From the NCBI GenBank assembly GCA_963793305.1, contig CAWBZV010000021.1:1-27033 (forward strand): 27,033 nucleotides of DNA. Direction: 5' to 3'. Origin of the DNA: an uncultured Gemmatimonadales bacterium. GTDB lineage: Bacteria > Gemmatimonadota > Gemmatimonadetes > Gemmatimonadales > Gemmatimonadaceae. This document shows positions 1 to 9,561 of the stretch, in pieces (position 1 is the stretch's first letter; each line of letters starts with the position of its first letter). The notes under the pieces are model-generated. The model ran no database searches. It worked only from the letters and a program-made list of their open reading frames with translations, and was not told where the DNA came from. The translations under genes and the position numbers were made by a program.

Positions 1-550
1 CAGATTTGAATGTGCCCTTTCTGGAGGCCTCGCTTCCGGCAGACGGCGCAACAAACGTAGCACCCAATACTCTCATCGCGTTGCGATTTTCGAAACCGCT
101 CCGAGTCGGAAGCTTAAACCATACTTCAGGTCAGGCTGTCCGGTCCAAGTGGAGCGGTGCTTGCCAAAATTGTGCCAAGCGAAGCCGGCATGTTGTGTTT
201 TGTCACGCCCAATGCTCCGCTACAAGCTGGAGCCGTTTACACGCTTTCCTTGCGAGGCGCCACCGTTACTAACAATCTCAGCCTGGTTTCCAAAGACGTT
301 ACTTTTACAGTTGCCGGCCAGGCCGCTCGAAGCGCTCCTGAAACGGGATCGACAACGCAATCCAGTACGGCAGCCCCTCCTCCGCTCATCGCGCCCGATG
401 GGGTTACCGCTTCTCCGGGCAAGTTCTTCGGCTCGATGGCACTCCTCTCGCCCATGTGAGTCTCAGTGTCGGAATTCACAAAGCAATGAGCGATCGGACC
501 GGTCGTTTCCTGTTCGCAGAATATCGAAGATGGATACCGCACCCTGCTGA
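1..550 (+). CDS. Internal fragment of a large bacterial surface protein: Big_5/SbsA Ig-like domain followed by a carboxypeptidase-regulatory-like domain, as in RHS/YD-repeat proteins; frameshifted, cut at ~550
   Basis: Joining frames gives VPFLEASLPADGATNVAPNTLIALRFSKPL..VLAKIVPSEAGMLCFVTPNAPLQAGAVYTLSL..APPPLIAPDGVTA/SGQVLRLDGTPLAHVSLSVG..SDRTGRFL..NIEDGYRTLL. Frame changes near 127, 410 and 515. Family assignment is from recalled motif similarity. Confidence 0.65.
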   Translation, partial: RFECALSGGLASGRRRNKRSTQYSHRVAIFETAPSRKLKPYFRSGCPVQVERCLPKLCQAKPACCVLSRPMLRYKLEPFTRFPCEAPPLLTISAWFPKTLLLQLPARPLEALLKRDRQRNPVRQPLLRSSRPMGLPLLRASSSARWHSSRPCESQCRNSQSNERSDRSFPVRRISKMDTAPC

Positions 551-1145
551 CCAGATAATAACTGAGCTTGATTTACAGCCGAAATCCAAAATACATAATT
601 GTAGTCAGATCTATGTCTGTAAGCATGTTCCAAAGCAATTTGCGTTTTCCCAACGCCTCCGAGACCATACAATGAAATTCGATGGTTATATCGTTTTGGC
701 TTTCGATCAGTCAATTCTTTCCAAAGTCTCTCGAGCAAGTCGTCTCGACCCGTGAAAAAAGGATTTCGGTCATATCGAACGCAGAATACTGATTTAGCAA
801 TGGGAGAAGAGGCCGCTTCATTTTGAATTCTAGTTTCAACCCTAGCCAACGTTTCTGCGATGTCTTCCATTCTTTCATAAATTTGAAAACCAAGGCTGTG
901 CGCGAAATTTGAGAGGGTATAATTAAATTCTTTGACCGCTGCTTGTAGTTTCGCATCAGCGGACTCGTAATCGTCATCGCCTTTAAAAATTGTACTCGCA
1001 ATATTTCCTACCAATTCAGTCAAAATAGTAGGAAAGAAGCACTAATCAATCCTAAGGAACGGGATTCATAATGAATTTGTGATGCAAGAAAGATGAAGGC
1101 AGCGGACTTTACATCCATTGCCCTATTAATGATTTCATGAGAAAA
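550..1145 (-). CDS. Fungal NLR-type NB-ARC (STAND P-loop NTPase) gene, partial; exons ~1145-1043 and 1007-550
   Basis: VRYDRNPFFTGRDDLLERL..RISLYGLGGVGKTQIALEHAYR..YNYVFWISA is the typical fungal NB-ARC N-terminus with Walker A. A 35-nt GT..AG intron (1008-1042, minus strand) joins an upstream open exon in frame (..SLGLI-R-NIAST..). Truncated at the ~550 junction. Confidence 0.85.
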
Positions 1146-1433
1146 CTAGTGTGTGATCCCTTCAGGGATTTGTGGAGATTCGAAACTAAAGTCTTTCTTC
1201 AGCATGTTTCACTGTTTATGTTCGTAATTCACCGGGTTATTCGGATTTGAGATCCTGCCAAGTTCAGCCAAGAAAATGCCGAATTCGGATCCAGACTAGG
1301 CGTCGAGTTGAAATTTTGAATAATTCGGCTGATCTTACGCATTTTCCCTTGTAGTCGTACAGTCTCATTCATCCCCCAGTTACTGACCAAATCAGCTTCT
1401 CCGTCCTCTCCATACCACCCTCTCATCTTCATC

Positions 1434-4235
1434 ATGCCCTTCCACGAGGAAGGCGACACCCCTCCAGGAGAGACTGAGTCTCCATTTCTTGTCACCCCCA
1501 GTCCAGGAAGAGACTCATCCCGTCTTATGCAAGACCTCTTGGAACACGTTTTCGCAGATCCACAAATCCAAAGTCCACCCCCTCATTTTGACCCGACAAA
1601 ACGTCATGCACTAGCAGAACCATCTCATACACATTCTTGGGTAATGAAGACCCGCGAGAGCATCAAAGCGCGTCCATGGAATGCCCATTACGAAGATCAA
1701 ACCATTGCTGCTCTCTGCGAAACCTGTCGACTCCACATGTCTTTGACAGCTACTATCACCATTGATGATCAACCTAAATGCGGAACTGTGGAATCTGATT
1801 ACAAATCGCATCATTTTCATCTTGAGTCATGGTCTTCTAATACTCGATATTCATCATCCCAAAATCCCATCGAATCGAAACCTCAGTACGGTAGTTTTCA
1901 TTGTTGTCAATGTCCTTTGGAAATCCAAATCGATTTTTTACTTCCTGTGGTACCGGAATATCTCCTCTCGTCTCTCAAAAAACGCAAAACCGGATCCAAT
2001 TCCGCTCTTAATCTCATCAATCGGAGTAAAGAATCGAAGATATTCGCTACGAAGGCGTTTGGGACATTATCGACTTATTGTAATCATGCTCTTAACACGC
2101 CTAACGATGAACGTCGAGATATTAATCTCACGCCTGACGGACCGTTTGCTCGTAAAGTAGGGTTGGATCCTGATGTCATCAGATTCATGGAGTATCTGGG
2201 ATGGTGGCAGGACAATGGTAAAACGATGTTACACCCACCACAGTGGGATGAGTCTTTGGATAAGGGACGATTGCTTCGGAAACTACTTGAAGCTGCAGAG
2301 ATTGAACTTGCAGAACTCTACATTGAGTATGCAAAGGATTGTGACAAGAGTGATCTTCGTCCCAGTAACGTCTCTAATTTTCCCATCTAAACTTTTAGAT
2401 TTCGAACCGAATATTATTTCTGCTATGGTTGATATTGCCAGATTAATGGCCGCGTCTTGGCCACGTTCAGGTATAACTCTTCTGCCATCAGACTTACTAA
2501 TTGTAGGTTTCACTACTCGTTTGGAGAATTATTTTCGAAAATCTATCAATTTAGATGACCCAGTGAATCCGTATACTATACATTCTCTTCATTTCTAACG
2601 ACTAGATCCTACGCATGTCTCGGAACAGTTCACGATGCGGACGATAACGACGTAATCAACGCCTACATCAAACAAGTTGAAGACGATCCAACAAATAGTG
2701 TCTTCTACCTTGAATGTCTTCAAGATATCGGTTCCTCCACCCAGAATCGTATAATCAATCAATTCGCACAAGGACAAGTCGCAAACGGCATCTTCACTCG
2801 CTTCGAGCTACAAAAAGCATATAAGACCCTAGAAATTGATCATCCAGATGGCATTGACGATGATGGTGTCTTCGCTGTTTTCCAAAGTCGTTGTGTGGAT
2901 GCACCAGGGAGAGAACGAGATTTCAAGTTCGCATTGAACGTGATTCAATATTATCGAAGGGGTGCCTATAATAATAATGGACGAAGATCAGTGGACAGGA
3001 GAGGTACCATCATTTCATGGATCGTCTAATGTAGAAATGGATGCTACTGAAGCATATAAGCGATTACGAATTTCTGATGTTAAGATTTCTGACGACCATG
3101 TTATCGCAAATTTCGTTTCTTGCGTATGATCCTCAGATTACGGTCTAATCTCTAGAATGCCGATTATCCTCATGAACGAGATCTTCTGACAGAAGCCCTG
3201 CAAGTCGTTGGAAAAGAACGAAATAGTCTCGTTATTCGAAGTTTCTTGAGTGAACAAAGTATAATCCTGTTATTTCGGTGTTGACAAGTAGATGAAAGTC
3301 ACGTTGCAGTTGGACCGCTTAATAGACAAATGTCCTTGGACGAAGCATACATTGTTCTTGGAATTGAAGGTGGCGCCAAGAACGATGATGGAGCCATCAT
3401 GATCGCGTACAATGAATTGGTATAGTCATTTATACTCAATCTGATATAGGTCGGTCTTCAACCTGAGAGAACAGAAGAATTTAAAAAGGCAGTCGATGTA
3501 ATCGCAGATCATCGCGACAGCATCCCTTTGAAGACATTCTTGATCGATATGATTACAAGTCCTGATAGTCTGTTACCCTTTCATACAAAACTTATAATAG
3601 AAACAAAACCCGGTCCAGGTTCCGTTACTCAACCTGTTGGATTGGAGAATATTGCGCAGACATGTTACATGAATTCCCTCTTTCAGTATTATTTCACCGT
3701 CAAGCCATTGCGGAACGCGATCCTGAATTACGAAGTGCACGAAGAAGGAGATCTGACTGACGACGAATTAAAGAAGAAACAAATCTCGAAATGGGAACTC
3801 GAACGATCTAAACGATGTAAGACCTTGTCTTGCTATGTTAATTCCAGTCATTGCACAACTTCGTTTACTATTCCAAGAATTAATTACGAGCGATTTGGCG
3901 TACATTCGACCGAAAGAAGAACTAGTTCGTCTCACATTGGTCGATGTCAAACAGGAAATTGAAGATGAAGCGATCAAACGTCGACAAAGCCTTGTAACGA
4001 ATGCATCTGCATCCATATTAGATTCAGATATTCCAGATCTCATCGAAATTGAAGATACGAATGTTCCGACTGCGCCTGTATCTTCTCCTGTCGTTATTCC
4101 GACATCAGGCGAAGCAGTTCCTGAAATTATATCTCCCATTCGCAAGACGACTTCCGATATTGCAAATATTCAAATCTCTTCGGCTCCGGATGATACAGAT
4201 TACGAATTTGTGGATCATGAGAGTAATGACTCTGG
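1434..4235 (+). CDS. UBP2: Fungal ubiquitin carboxyl-terminal hydrolase, Ubp2-like (USP/peptidase C19), multi-exon, 3' part missing
   Basis: N-terminal GRDSSRLMQDLL and Cys/His-rich segment; YACLG..DD.DVINAYIKQVEDDPTNSVFYLECLQDIG; three AYxxLxI..DD repeats; Cys box PVGLENIAQTCYMNSLFQYYFTVKPLR; ERSKRFIAQLRLLFQEL..PKEELVRLTL. One continuous frame after removing nine introns. His box not reached before the junction. Confidence 0.88.
2365..3847 (+). other. Nine predicted spliceosomal introns in UBP2: 2365-2398, 2471-2506, 2571-2605, 3004-3034, 3124-3155, 3259-3291, 3420-3449, 3568-3600, 3817-3847
   Basis: All GT..YAG, 30-36 nt, most with a CTAAY/CTGAT/TTGAC-like branch site just before the AG. 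Seven are needed to remove stops or restore frame; 2471-2506 and 3568-3600 are in-frame and stopless, so less certain. Confidence 0.85.
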
Positions 4236-4239
4236 AGGT

Positions 4240-5140
4240 GTTCTCGCTTGCGCGCCCATTTCCGTGGGGCAGAAAGGGGTGGCGCTGGCCGAGGTTGGGG
4301 AGATGGTCGGGGCGGGCGCCGTCGCGGTCAGCGACAATGGGAGGCCGGTCGTGAGCGCGCAGCTAATGCGCAACGCGCTGGAGTACGCACGAACGTTCGG
4401 CAGCCCATAATAAATAATTGAAGAAGCCGACACTGACAACGAAGATGCCATGAAGCGAGGGCCTCGTGAGCGCGAGGCTGGGACTTAAAGGCATCCCGTC
4501 CGAAGCCGAGGAGATCGTCGGTAATCCACGATGTCTGCTCGCGCGGAGGACCGGAGGGCACGTGCATCTGGCGCACATGAGCACTAAGGGATCGGTCGAG
4601 CTCATTCGCTGGGGGAAGGAGCGGGGCATAAACGTGACGGCCGAGGTGTGCCCGCACCATCTGTCGCTCACCGAGCGCGGTCGAGGGCTACAACACGAAC
4701 GCGAGAATGAACCCGCCGCTGCGCACGGCGGAGGACATAGCGGCTCTCCAGGAGGCGCTGCGCGACTCGGGACGATGAATGTCGTGGCGACCGATCACGC
4801 GCCGCACCACTACGACGAAAAGGAGCGCGAGTTCGCCGATGCGCCGAATGGCATCGTCGGCCTCGAGACCGCGCTCGGCGTCAACGTGACGACGCTGGTC
4901 GACCGCGGGATCCTGACGTGGGCCCAGCTGATCGAATCGATGTCCGTGGCGCCCGCCCGGCTGGCTATCTGCGTGGCGGATCGCTGGCGAAGGGAACGCC
5001 GGGAGACGTGACGGTGTTCGACCCGCGGCGATTGGAGGGTGGGAGCCCGACCCGATTCGTGTCCAAAGGTCGGAATACCCCCTATGCCGGCTTCGAGCTC
5101 AAGGGTCGGGCAATGTTACCATAGTTGAGGCATTTCGTGG
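4240..5140 (+). CDS. pyrC: Dihydroorotase (type I), 5'-truncated, with several apparent sequencing frameshifts
   Basis: [103 protein letters not shown]. Confidence 0.9.
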
Positions 5141-5210
5141 CAGCATGGTGGCCGGCTGCGGGATTACTGTTTCAAGGTGATGGCTACGGGCGCTGGAGGA
5201 ATCGACGGAT

Positions 5211-6234
5211 GTGATCACGGCGTTGTTGCAAGAGCGCCGCCGGTTCGAGCAATGGTTGGCGACGCTCGAATCGCGGCACGCGATTACGCCGGCGAACGTC
5301 TACTCGCGTGTGCACGCGGATTACACGGCACGGTTGTCGGGCGTGCTCGATCAGCTCGGCGGGCGATCGGCCGAGCCCGGCGAGATCGGTGGATTCGCTC
5401 GGCGCCGAGCTGTCGACGCTCGAGTCCGAGGAGAACACCAGCGCGATCGGCGCCGAGGCTGAGCTCCGGGCCGCCGTCGGCGAGTACACGCAGGAGCGGT
5501 GGATCGAGCTGAGTGAGGCGACCGACACCGAGATTGCCCGGTTATCGAGCGAACGGTCCGAGGCGACCGCCGAGTTGGCGCAGCTGCAACAGCTGCTCGA
5601 CGTGGCGGAGGCGCCCCGAGCCGGTCGTGCCGGTGCCGCCGGCTCCTCCGGCCGCACCGCCGTTGACGCCGCCGGAATGACCGTTGCTGCGCCAGCAGGT
5701 GGCGAGCGCGCCAGCCGCGGCGCCTCCGCCTCCACCGCCGCCGCCCGAGATCCCGCGATTGCGGCCGCCTGAGCCGAGGACGGCTGACGGGGCGATGCGG
5801 AACACCATCTGCCGCGATCCCGCGGCCGGTTGAGCCCAGGACAGAGCCCAAGACTGGGCCGACCATGGATCCGAAAATGTCGACGAGCTCGCGTTCTTGA
5901 AGTCGGTGGCGCCGGCCGGGGGGGCTCAGGAATCACCGCCTGGGGCCGCGGGCGATCAGGCGCGCGCGGCTGGCGCTGGCGGTCAGGCCGCGCCCGCTCC
6001 TTCGTCGCGCGCCAAGCTCGCGACTCCGCCAGAGGCCGGGACGCTCGAGCGTCTCGGCTCGATAACCCGGCGACACCCGCGAAGGGCGACAGTGGCAGTG
6101 TGCCGGTGTTTTTGCGCGACGTGCCGACCGAGCAGGTCGAAACGCTGAAGAACATGCTCGGAGTGTGGGTCTATGAACTACCCGACGGAGTGGTATTGCA
6201 GAAGCGGTGCGGCGGCGAACTCGCCGCAATGTAA
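5211..6234 (+). CDS. Hypothetical protein: N-terminal coiled coil, low-complexity linker, C-terminal zinc ribbon; frameshifted
   Basis: ALLQERRRFEQWLATLE..AEAELRAAVGEY..; DELAFLKSV at ~5882; across frames the C-terminus reads CSECGSMNYPTEWYC..CGGELAAM* (two CxxC-type pairs). Start uncertain. Confidence 0.65.
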
Positions 6235-6249
6235 CGGGCCCCGCGCGGC

Positions 6250-6490
6250 CTAGGCCTTAGCGGCCTTGGCGAGGTGGCTCTTTTGCCGAGCGGCCGCATT
6301 CCGGTGAATGAGCCCTTTGCGCGCCGCGCGGTCGAGCAGGCTGACAGCGGCCAGACGCTCGTCGGCCGACGACGTGGGGGCCTTGGCCTTCTTGAGCGCG
6401 GTCCGCAGCGCCGAGCGCTGGGCGCGATTGCGCACCGTCGCCGCCCGGGACTTGCGCATGTTTTTCTTCGCGCGACTGGATGTTCGGCAT
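6250..6490 (-). CDS. rpsT: 30S ribosomal protein S20 (one extra base near 6472)
   Basis: MPNIQS/AKKNMRKSRAATVRNRAQRSALRTALKK..LLDRAARKGLIHRNAAARQKSHLAK; span 241 nt = 3n+1. Confidence 0.95.
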
Positions 6491-6498
6491 AGACCTGT

Positions 6499-6527
6499 AA
6501 GGTTGCCGTCCCAATCGCGCATGTCAA
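6499..6527 (-). promoter_or_regulatory. Putative sigma70 promoter for rpsT
   Basis: Minus strand TTGACA (6527-6522) - 17 nt - AACCTT (6504-6499), 8 nt before the ATG. Perfect -35, weak -10. Confidence 0.5.
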
Positions 6528-6549
6528 GATGCGCCATTACTTTGACGCT

Positions 6550-7329
6550 ATGATCGCCGAGGGCGCACCATTCGTCGTCGAGCTCGCGCACTTCAACGGG
6601 CCGCTGGATCTCCTGTTGACGCTCATTCGCGACGAGCAGATCGACATTTACGACATTCCGATCGCGCGCGTGGCCGAGCAATTCCTCGTGCGCCTGCACT
6701 CGCTCGGCCTCGACGAGGCGGCGGACTATCTCGACATGGCCGCTCGGTTGTTGCGCATCAAGGCACAGTTGCTCTTGCCGCATCCGGAAGGGAACGAGGC
6801 GTGGGAGGATCCGCGCGCGGAGCTCGTGCGCCGGCTGCTCGAGTATCAGCAGGTCCGCGAGGTCGTCGACATCCTGGATGCGCGAGGCGAAGCGCGCCGC
6901 AATCAATTCGCGCGTACCGTGCCCGTTCGCCCCGGCGATCCGGTGCCTCAGAACACGGTGTTGTCGGTCTCGATGAGCGAGCTTCTCGCCGCGGTCGATC
7001 GGGTGCTGCGCTCCGCTGTGCGCCCGATCGTGCACACTGTCGTGCCGCGAGCCCTCGACGTGGAAGGCGCGCTGCGCGCCGTGCGCGCGTTGCTTGCCGA
7101 GCGCTCGCGTGCGTCGTGGCGCGATCTCTTGGCCGCGGGGTCGGAGCCATGGCGCGCGTTGTCGTTTCTGTTAGCGCTGCTCGAAATGGCCCGTTTGGGT
7201 GAATGCATCATTCGGCAAGCGGCGCCGTTTGCCGACGTGTGGATCTCGCCGCATGGCGAGATCTGTCCAACCGACCAGTCGAGCAGCGCAAAGCGCTGCA
7301 TCGACGAGCCGCGGAGCGGCTCGGTGTGA
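6550..7329 (+). CDS. scpA: Segregation and condensation protein A
   Basis: FVVELAHFNGPLDLLLTLIR..IDIYDIPI..AADYLDMAARLLRIKAQLLLP..EDPRAELVRRLLEY..FLLALLEMAR; C-terminal tail derives from repeat copy A. Confidence 0.95.
   Translation: MIAEGAPFVVELAHFNGPLDLLLTLIRDEQIDIYDIPIARVAEQFLVRLHSLGLDEAADYLDMAARLLRIKAQLLLPHPEGNEAWEDPRAELVRRLLEYQQVREVVDILDARGEARRNQFARTVPVRPGDPVPQNTVLSVSMSELLAAVDRVLRSAVRPIVHTVVPRALDVEGALRAVRALLAERSRASWRDLLAAGSEPWRALSFLLALLEMARLGECIIRQAAPFADVWISPHGEICPTDQSSSAKRCIDEPRSGSV
7242..7322 (+). repeat. Hairpin repeat copy A, inside the scpA 3' end
   Basis: GATCTCGCC-gcat-GGCGAGATC; TCCAACCGAC (7266-7275); GTCGA-GCAGCGC-aaa-GCGCTGC-a-TCGAC; GAGCCGC-gga-GCGGCTC. Confidence 0.85.
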
Positions 7330-7859
7330 GCCCGCTGGCCAAGCTGCTTGAAGCCGCGCTCTTCGCGAGTGGCACTCCGGTACCGCTCGACGACCTCGCA
7401 GCGCTCGACCCCGAGTCGACGGGCGAGCAGATCACCGCGGCGTTGACCGAGATCGCCGAGCACTACGCGGATCACGGCGTCGAGCTGATCGAGGCGGGCG
7501 GCGGGTGGCAGATCCTGACGCGCGGCGAGTACACGGCGGCCATCGAGCGCGCGCAACTCGCGTCTCGGCCGCAGCGGCTGTCATTGGCGGCGCTGGAGAC
7601 GTTGGCGCTCGTGGCGTATCGACAGCCAGTCGCGCGGGCCGAGATCGAGGAGATTCGTGGCGTCACGGTTGGGAATCTGCTCAAGACCTTGCTCGAGCGC
7701 GGGCTCGTCGACGTGGTCGGCCGGGCCGAGGGACTCGGGCGGCCGTTGCTCTACGGAACCACGCCCGCGTTCCTGGAACAGTTCGCGTTGCGGCACTTGG
7801 GCGAGTTGCCGCGCGCGAACGAGCTGGCCGTCGCGCTCAAGCCGCTCTCTGAGCTATGA
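7326..7859 (+). CDS. scpB: Segregation and condensation protein B
   Basis: GTG start overlapping scpA TGA; LLEAALFASGTP..LIEAGGGWQILT..LSLAALETLALVAYRQPVARAEIEEIRGV..GRPLLYGTTPAFLEQF. Confidence 0.95.
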   Translation: MSPLAKLLEAALFASGTPVPLDDLAALDPESTGEQITAALTEIAEHYADHGVELIEAGGGWQILTRGEYTAAIERAQLASRPQRLSLAALETLALVAYRQPVARAEIEEIRGVTVGNLLKTLLERGLVDVVGRAEGLGRPLLYGTTPAFLEQFALRHLGELPRANELAVALKPLSEL

Positions 7860-8564
7860 TGCGCATCCAGCGCGCGCTCGCCCGCTCCGGCGTGGCATTG
7901 CGGCGGCGGGCGGACGAGCTGGTGGCGGCGGGGCGCGTGCGGGTCAACGGGCAGGTCGCGAAGATCGGGCAGTCGGTCGATCCGGCGACGGATCGCATCA
8001 CCGTCGATGGCGCCGAGGTGACGCCACCAGCCGCGTCGGCCACGTGGATCGTCCTGAATAAGCCGGGCGGTGTGCTCACGGCTCGGAAAGATCGGGACGG
8101 TCGCCGAACAGTCTTCGATCTCGTCCCGGACGTTCCCGGGCTCACGTATGTCGGACGGCTGGATTACATGACAGAGGGCGTGCTGCTGCTCACCACCGAT
8201 GGGGTTGCCGCGCATCGGCTCACGCATCCGAGCGCCGGCGTCGAACGCACCTACGTCGCGACGGTCCGTGGGGACGCCGCTGGCGCGGCGCGGGTCGCGC
8301 GCGCGGGTGTCACCTTGCCCGATGGCGAAATCGTGCGGCCGGTCGACGCGGCGGCGCGCGCGATTGGGCAACGGCGTTGGGAGTTCGAGGTCACGATTAC
8401 CGAAGGCAAGCATCATGAGGTCCGCCGGCTGTGCGAGGCGCTGGGCCTCGACGTTCGAGCGACTGGTGCGTACCCGTTTTGGGCCAGTGCAGCTTGCCAA
8501 TCTGGCTTCGGGCGCGACTCGTGCCCTCACCGCGGCTGAACAGCAGGTGATAGAACATGCCTAA
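7856..8564 (+). CDS. rluB: rRNA pseudouridine synthase, RsuA/RluB family (extra T near 8455)
   Basis: S4 domain MRIQRALARSGVA.RRRADELV..GRVRVNG; LNKPGG; VGRLDYMTEGVLLLTTDG; ITEGKHHEVRR; second frame ERLVRTRFGPV; follows scpAB as usual. Confidence 0.85.
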
Positions 8565-9549
8565 GACCGCAACACCGACGGCTTCGACCGTCGTGCCGTC
8601 GGATACGTCGCTCGCGCAGGCTGTGGCGCGGCAGGTCGCTCGTCGGGTTGTCGGGCAGGACTACATGGTCGAGCGCCTGCTCATCAGTCTGCTGACGGGC
8701 GGGCATGTGTTGCTGGAGGGCGTGCCCGGGCTGGCGAAGACGCTGACCGTCAGGACGTTGGCCGAGACGGTTCGGACAACATTCAGTCGCATTCAGTTCA
8801 CGCCGGATCTGTTGCCGGCTGACGTCATCGGGACGCAGGTCTACGACCAGTCGAATGGGCAGTTCACGGTCAAGCGCGGTCCGATCTTCGCCAACATCGT
8901 GTTGGCGGACGAGATCAATCGCGCGCCGGCGAAGGTGCAGGCGGCGCTGCTCGAAGCCATGCAGGAGAAGCAGGTGACGATCGGCGGTGTGACGCACGTG
9001 CTCGAGGAGCCGTTCCTGGTGCTGGCGACGCAGAATCCGATCGAGCAGGAAGGGACGTATCCGCTGCCCGAGGCTCAGGTCGACCGCTTCATGATGAAGC
9101 TCAAGGTCGGGTATCCGTCGAAGGAGGAGGAGCGGGAGATCCTGCGACGGATGGCGGGTGGGACGGCCATCCCGGTCGAGGCGGTGGCGTCGCCCAGCGC
9201 GATTCTCGAGGCGCGGGCGAAGATTGCCGAATTGTACATGGACGATCGGATCGTCGAGTACATCGTCGAGATCGTGCACACGACGCGGCGGCCGGCTGAT
9301 GCTGGGCTCAAGGAGCTGGGGCCGCTCGTCGAGTACGGGGCAAGTCCGAGAGCCACGATCGCACTGGCGCAGGCTTCTCGGGCTCACGCCTATCTTCGCG
9401 GCCGCACCTTCGTGACGCCCGACGATATCAAGGCCATTGCGCCCGACGTGCTCCGGCATCGGATCCTGACGACGTTCGAGGCCGAGGCCGAGTCGGTGAC
9501 CAGCGATATCATCGTCCAGCGCGTGCTCGCCGCGATCGAGAGCCCATAA
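8557..9549 (+). CDS. moxR: MoxR-family AAA+ ATPase
   Basis: GHVLLEGVPGLAKT, RIQFTPDLLPAD, LADEINRAPAKVQAALLEAMQE, ATQNPIEQEGTYPLPEAQVDRF, GASPRA. Confidence 0.95.
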   Translation: MPKTATPTASTVVPSDTSLAQAVARQVARRVVGQDYMVERLLISLLTGGHVLLEGVPGLAKTLTVRTLAETVRTTFSRIQFTPDLLPADVIGTQVYDQSNGQFTVKRGPIFANIVLADEINRAPAKVQAALLEAMQEKQVTIGGVTHVLEEPFLVLATQNPIEQEGTYPLPEAQVDRFMMKLKVGYPSKEEEREILRRMAGGTAIPVEAVASPSAILEARAKIAELYMDDRIVEYIVEIVHTTRRPADAGLKELGPLVEYGASPRATIALAQASRAHAYLRGRTFVTPDDIKAIAPDVLRHRILTTFEAEAESVTSDIIVQRVLAAIESP

Positions 9550-9561
9550 TGGGTTCTGAAT

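Noticed and set aside
550..1023. NB-ARC as a bacterial Avs/NLR antiphage system
   Set aside because: It has a spliceosomal intron and the composition of the fungal segment.
3835..4410. 191-aa ORF looking like a novel deubiquitinase-dihydroorotase fusion
   Set aside because: It spans the fungal/bacterial junction; both halves are mid-gene fragments.
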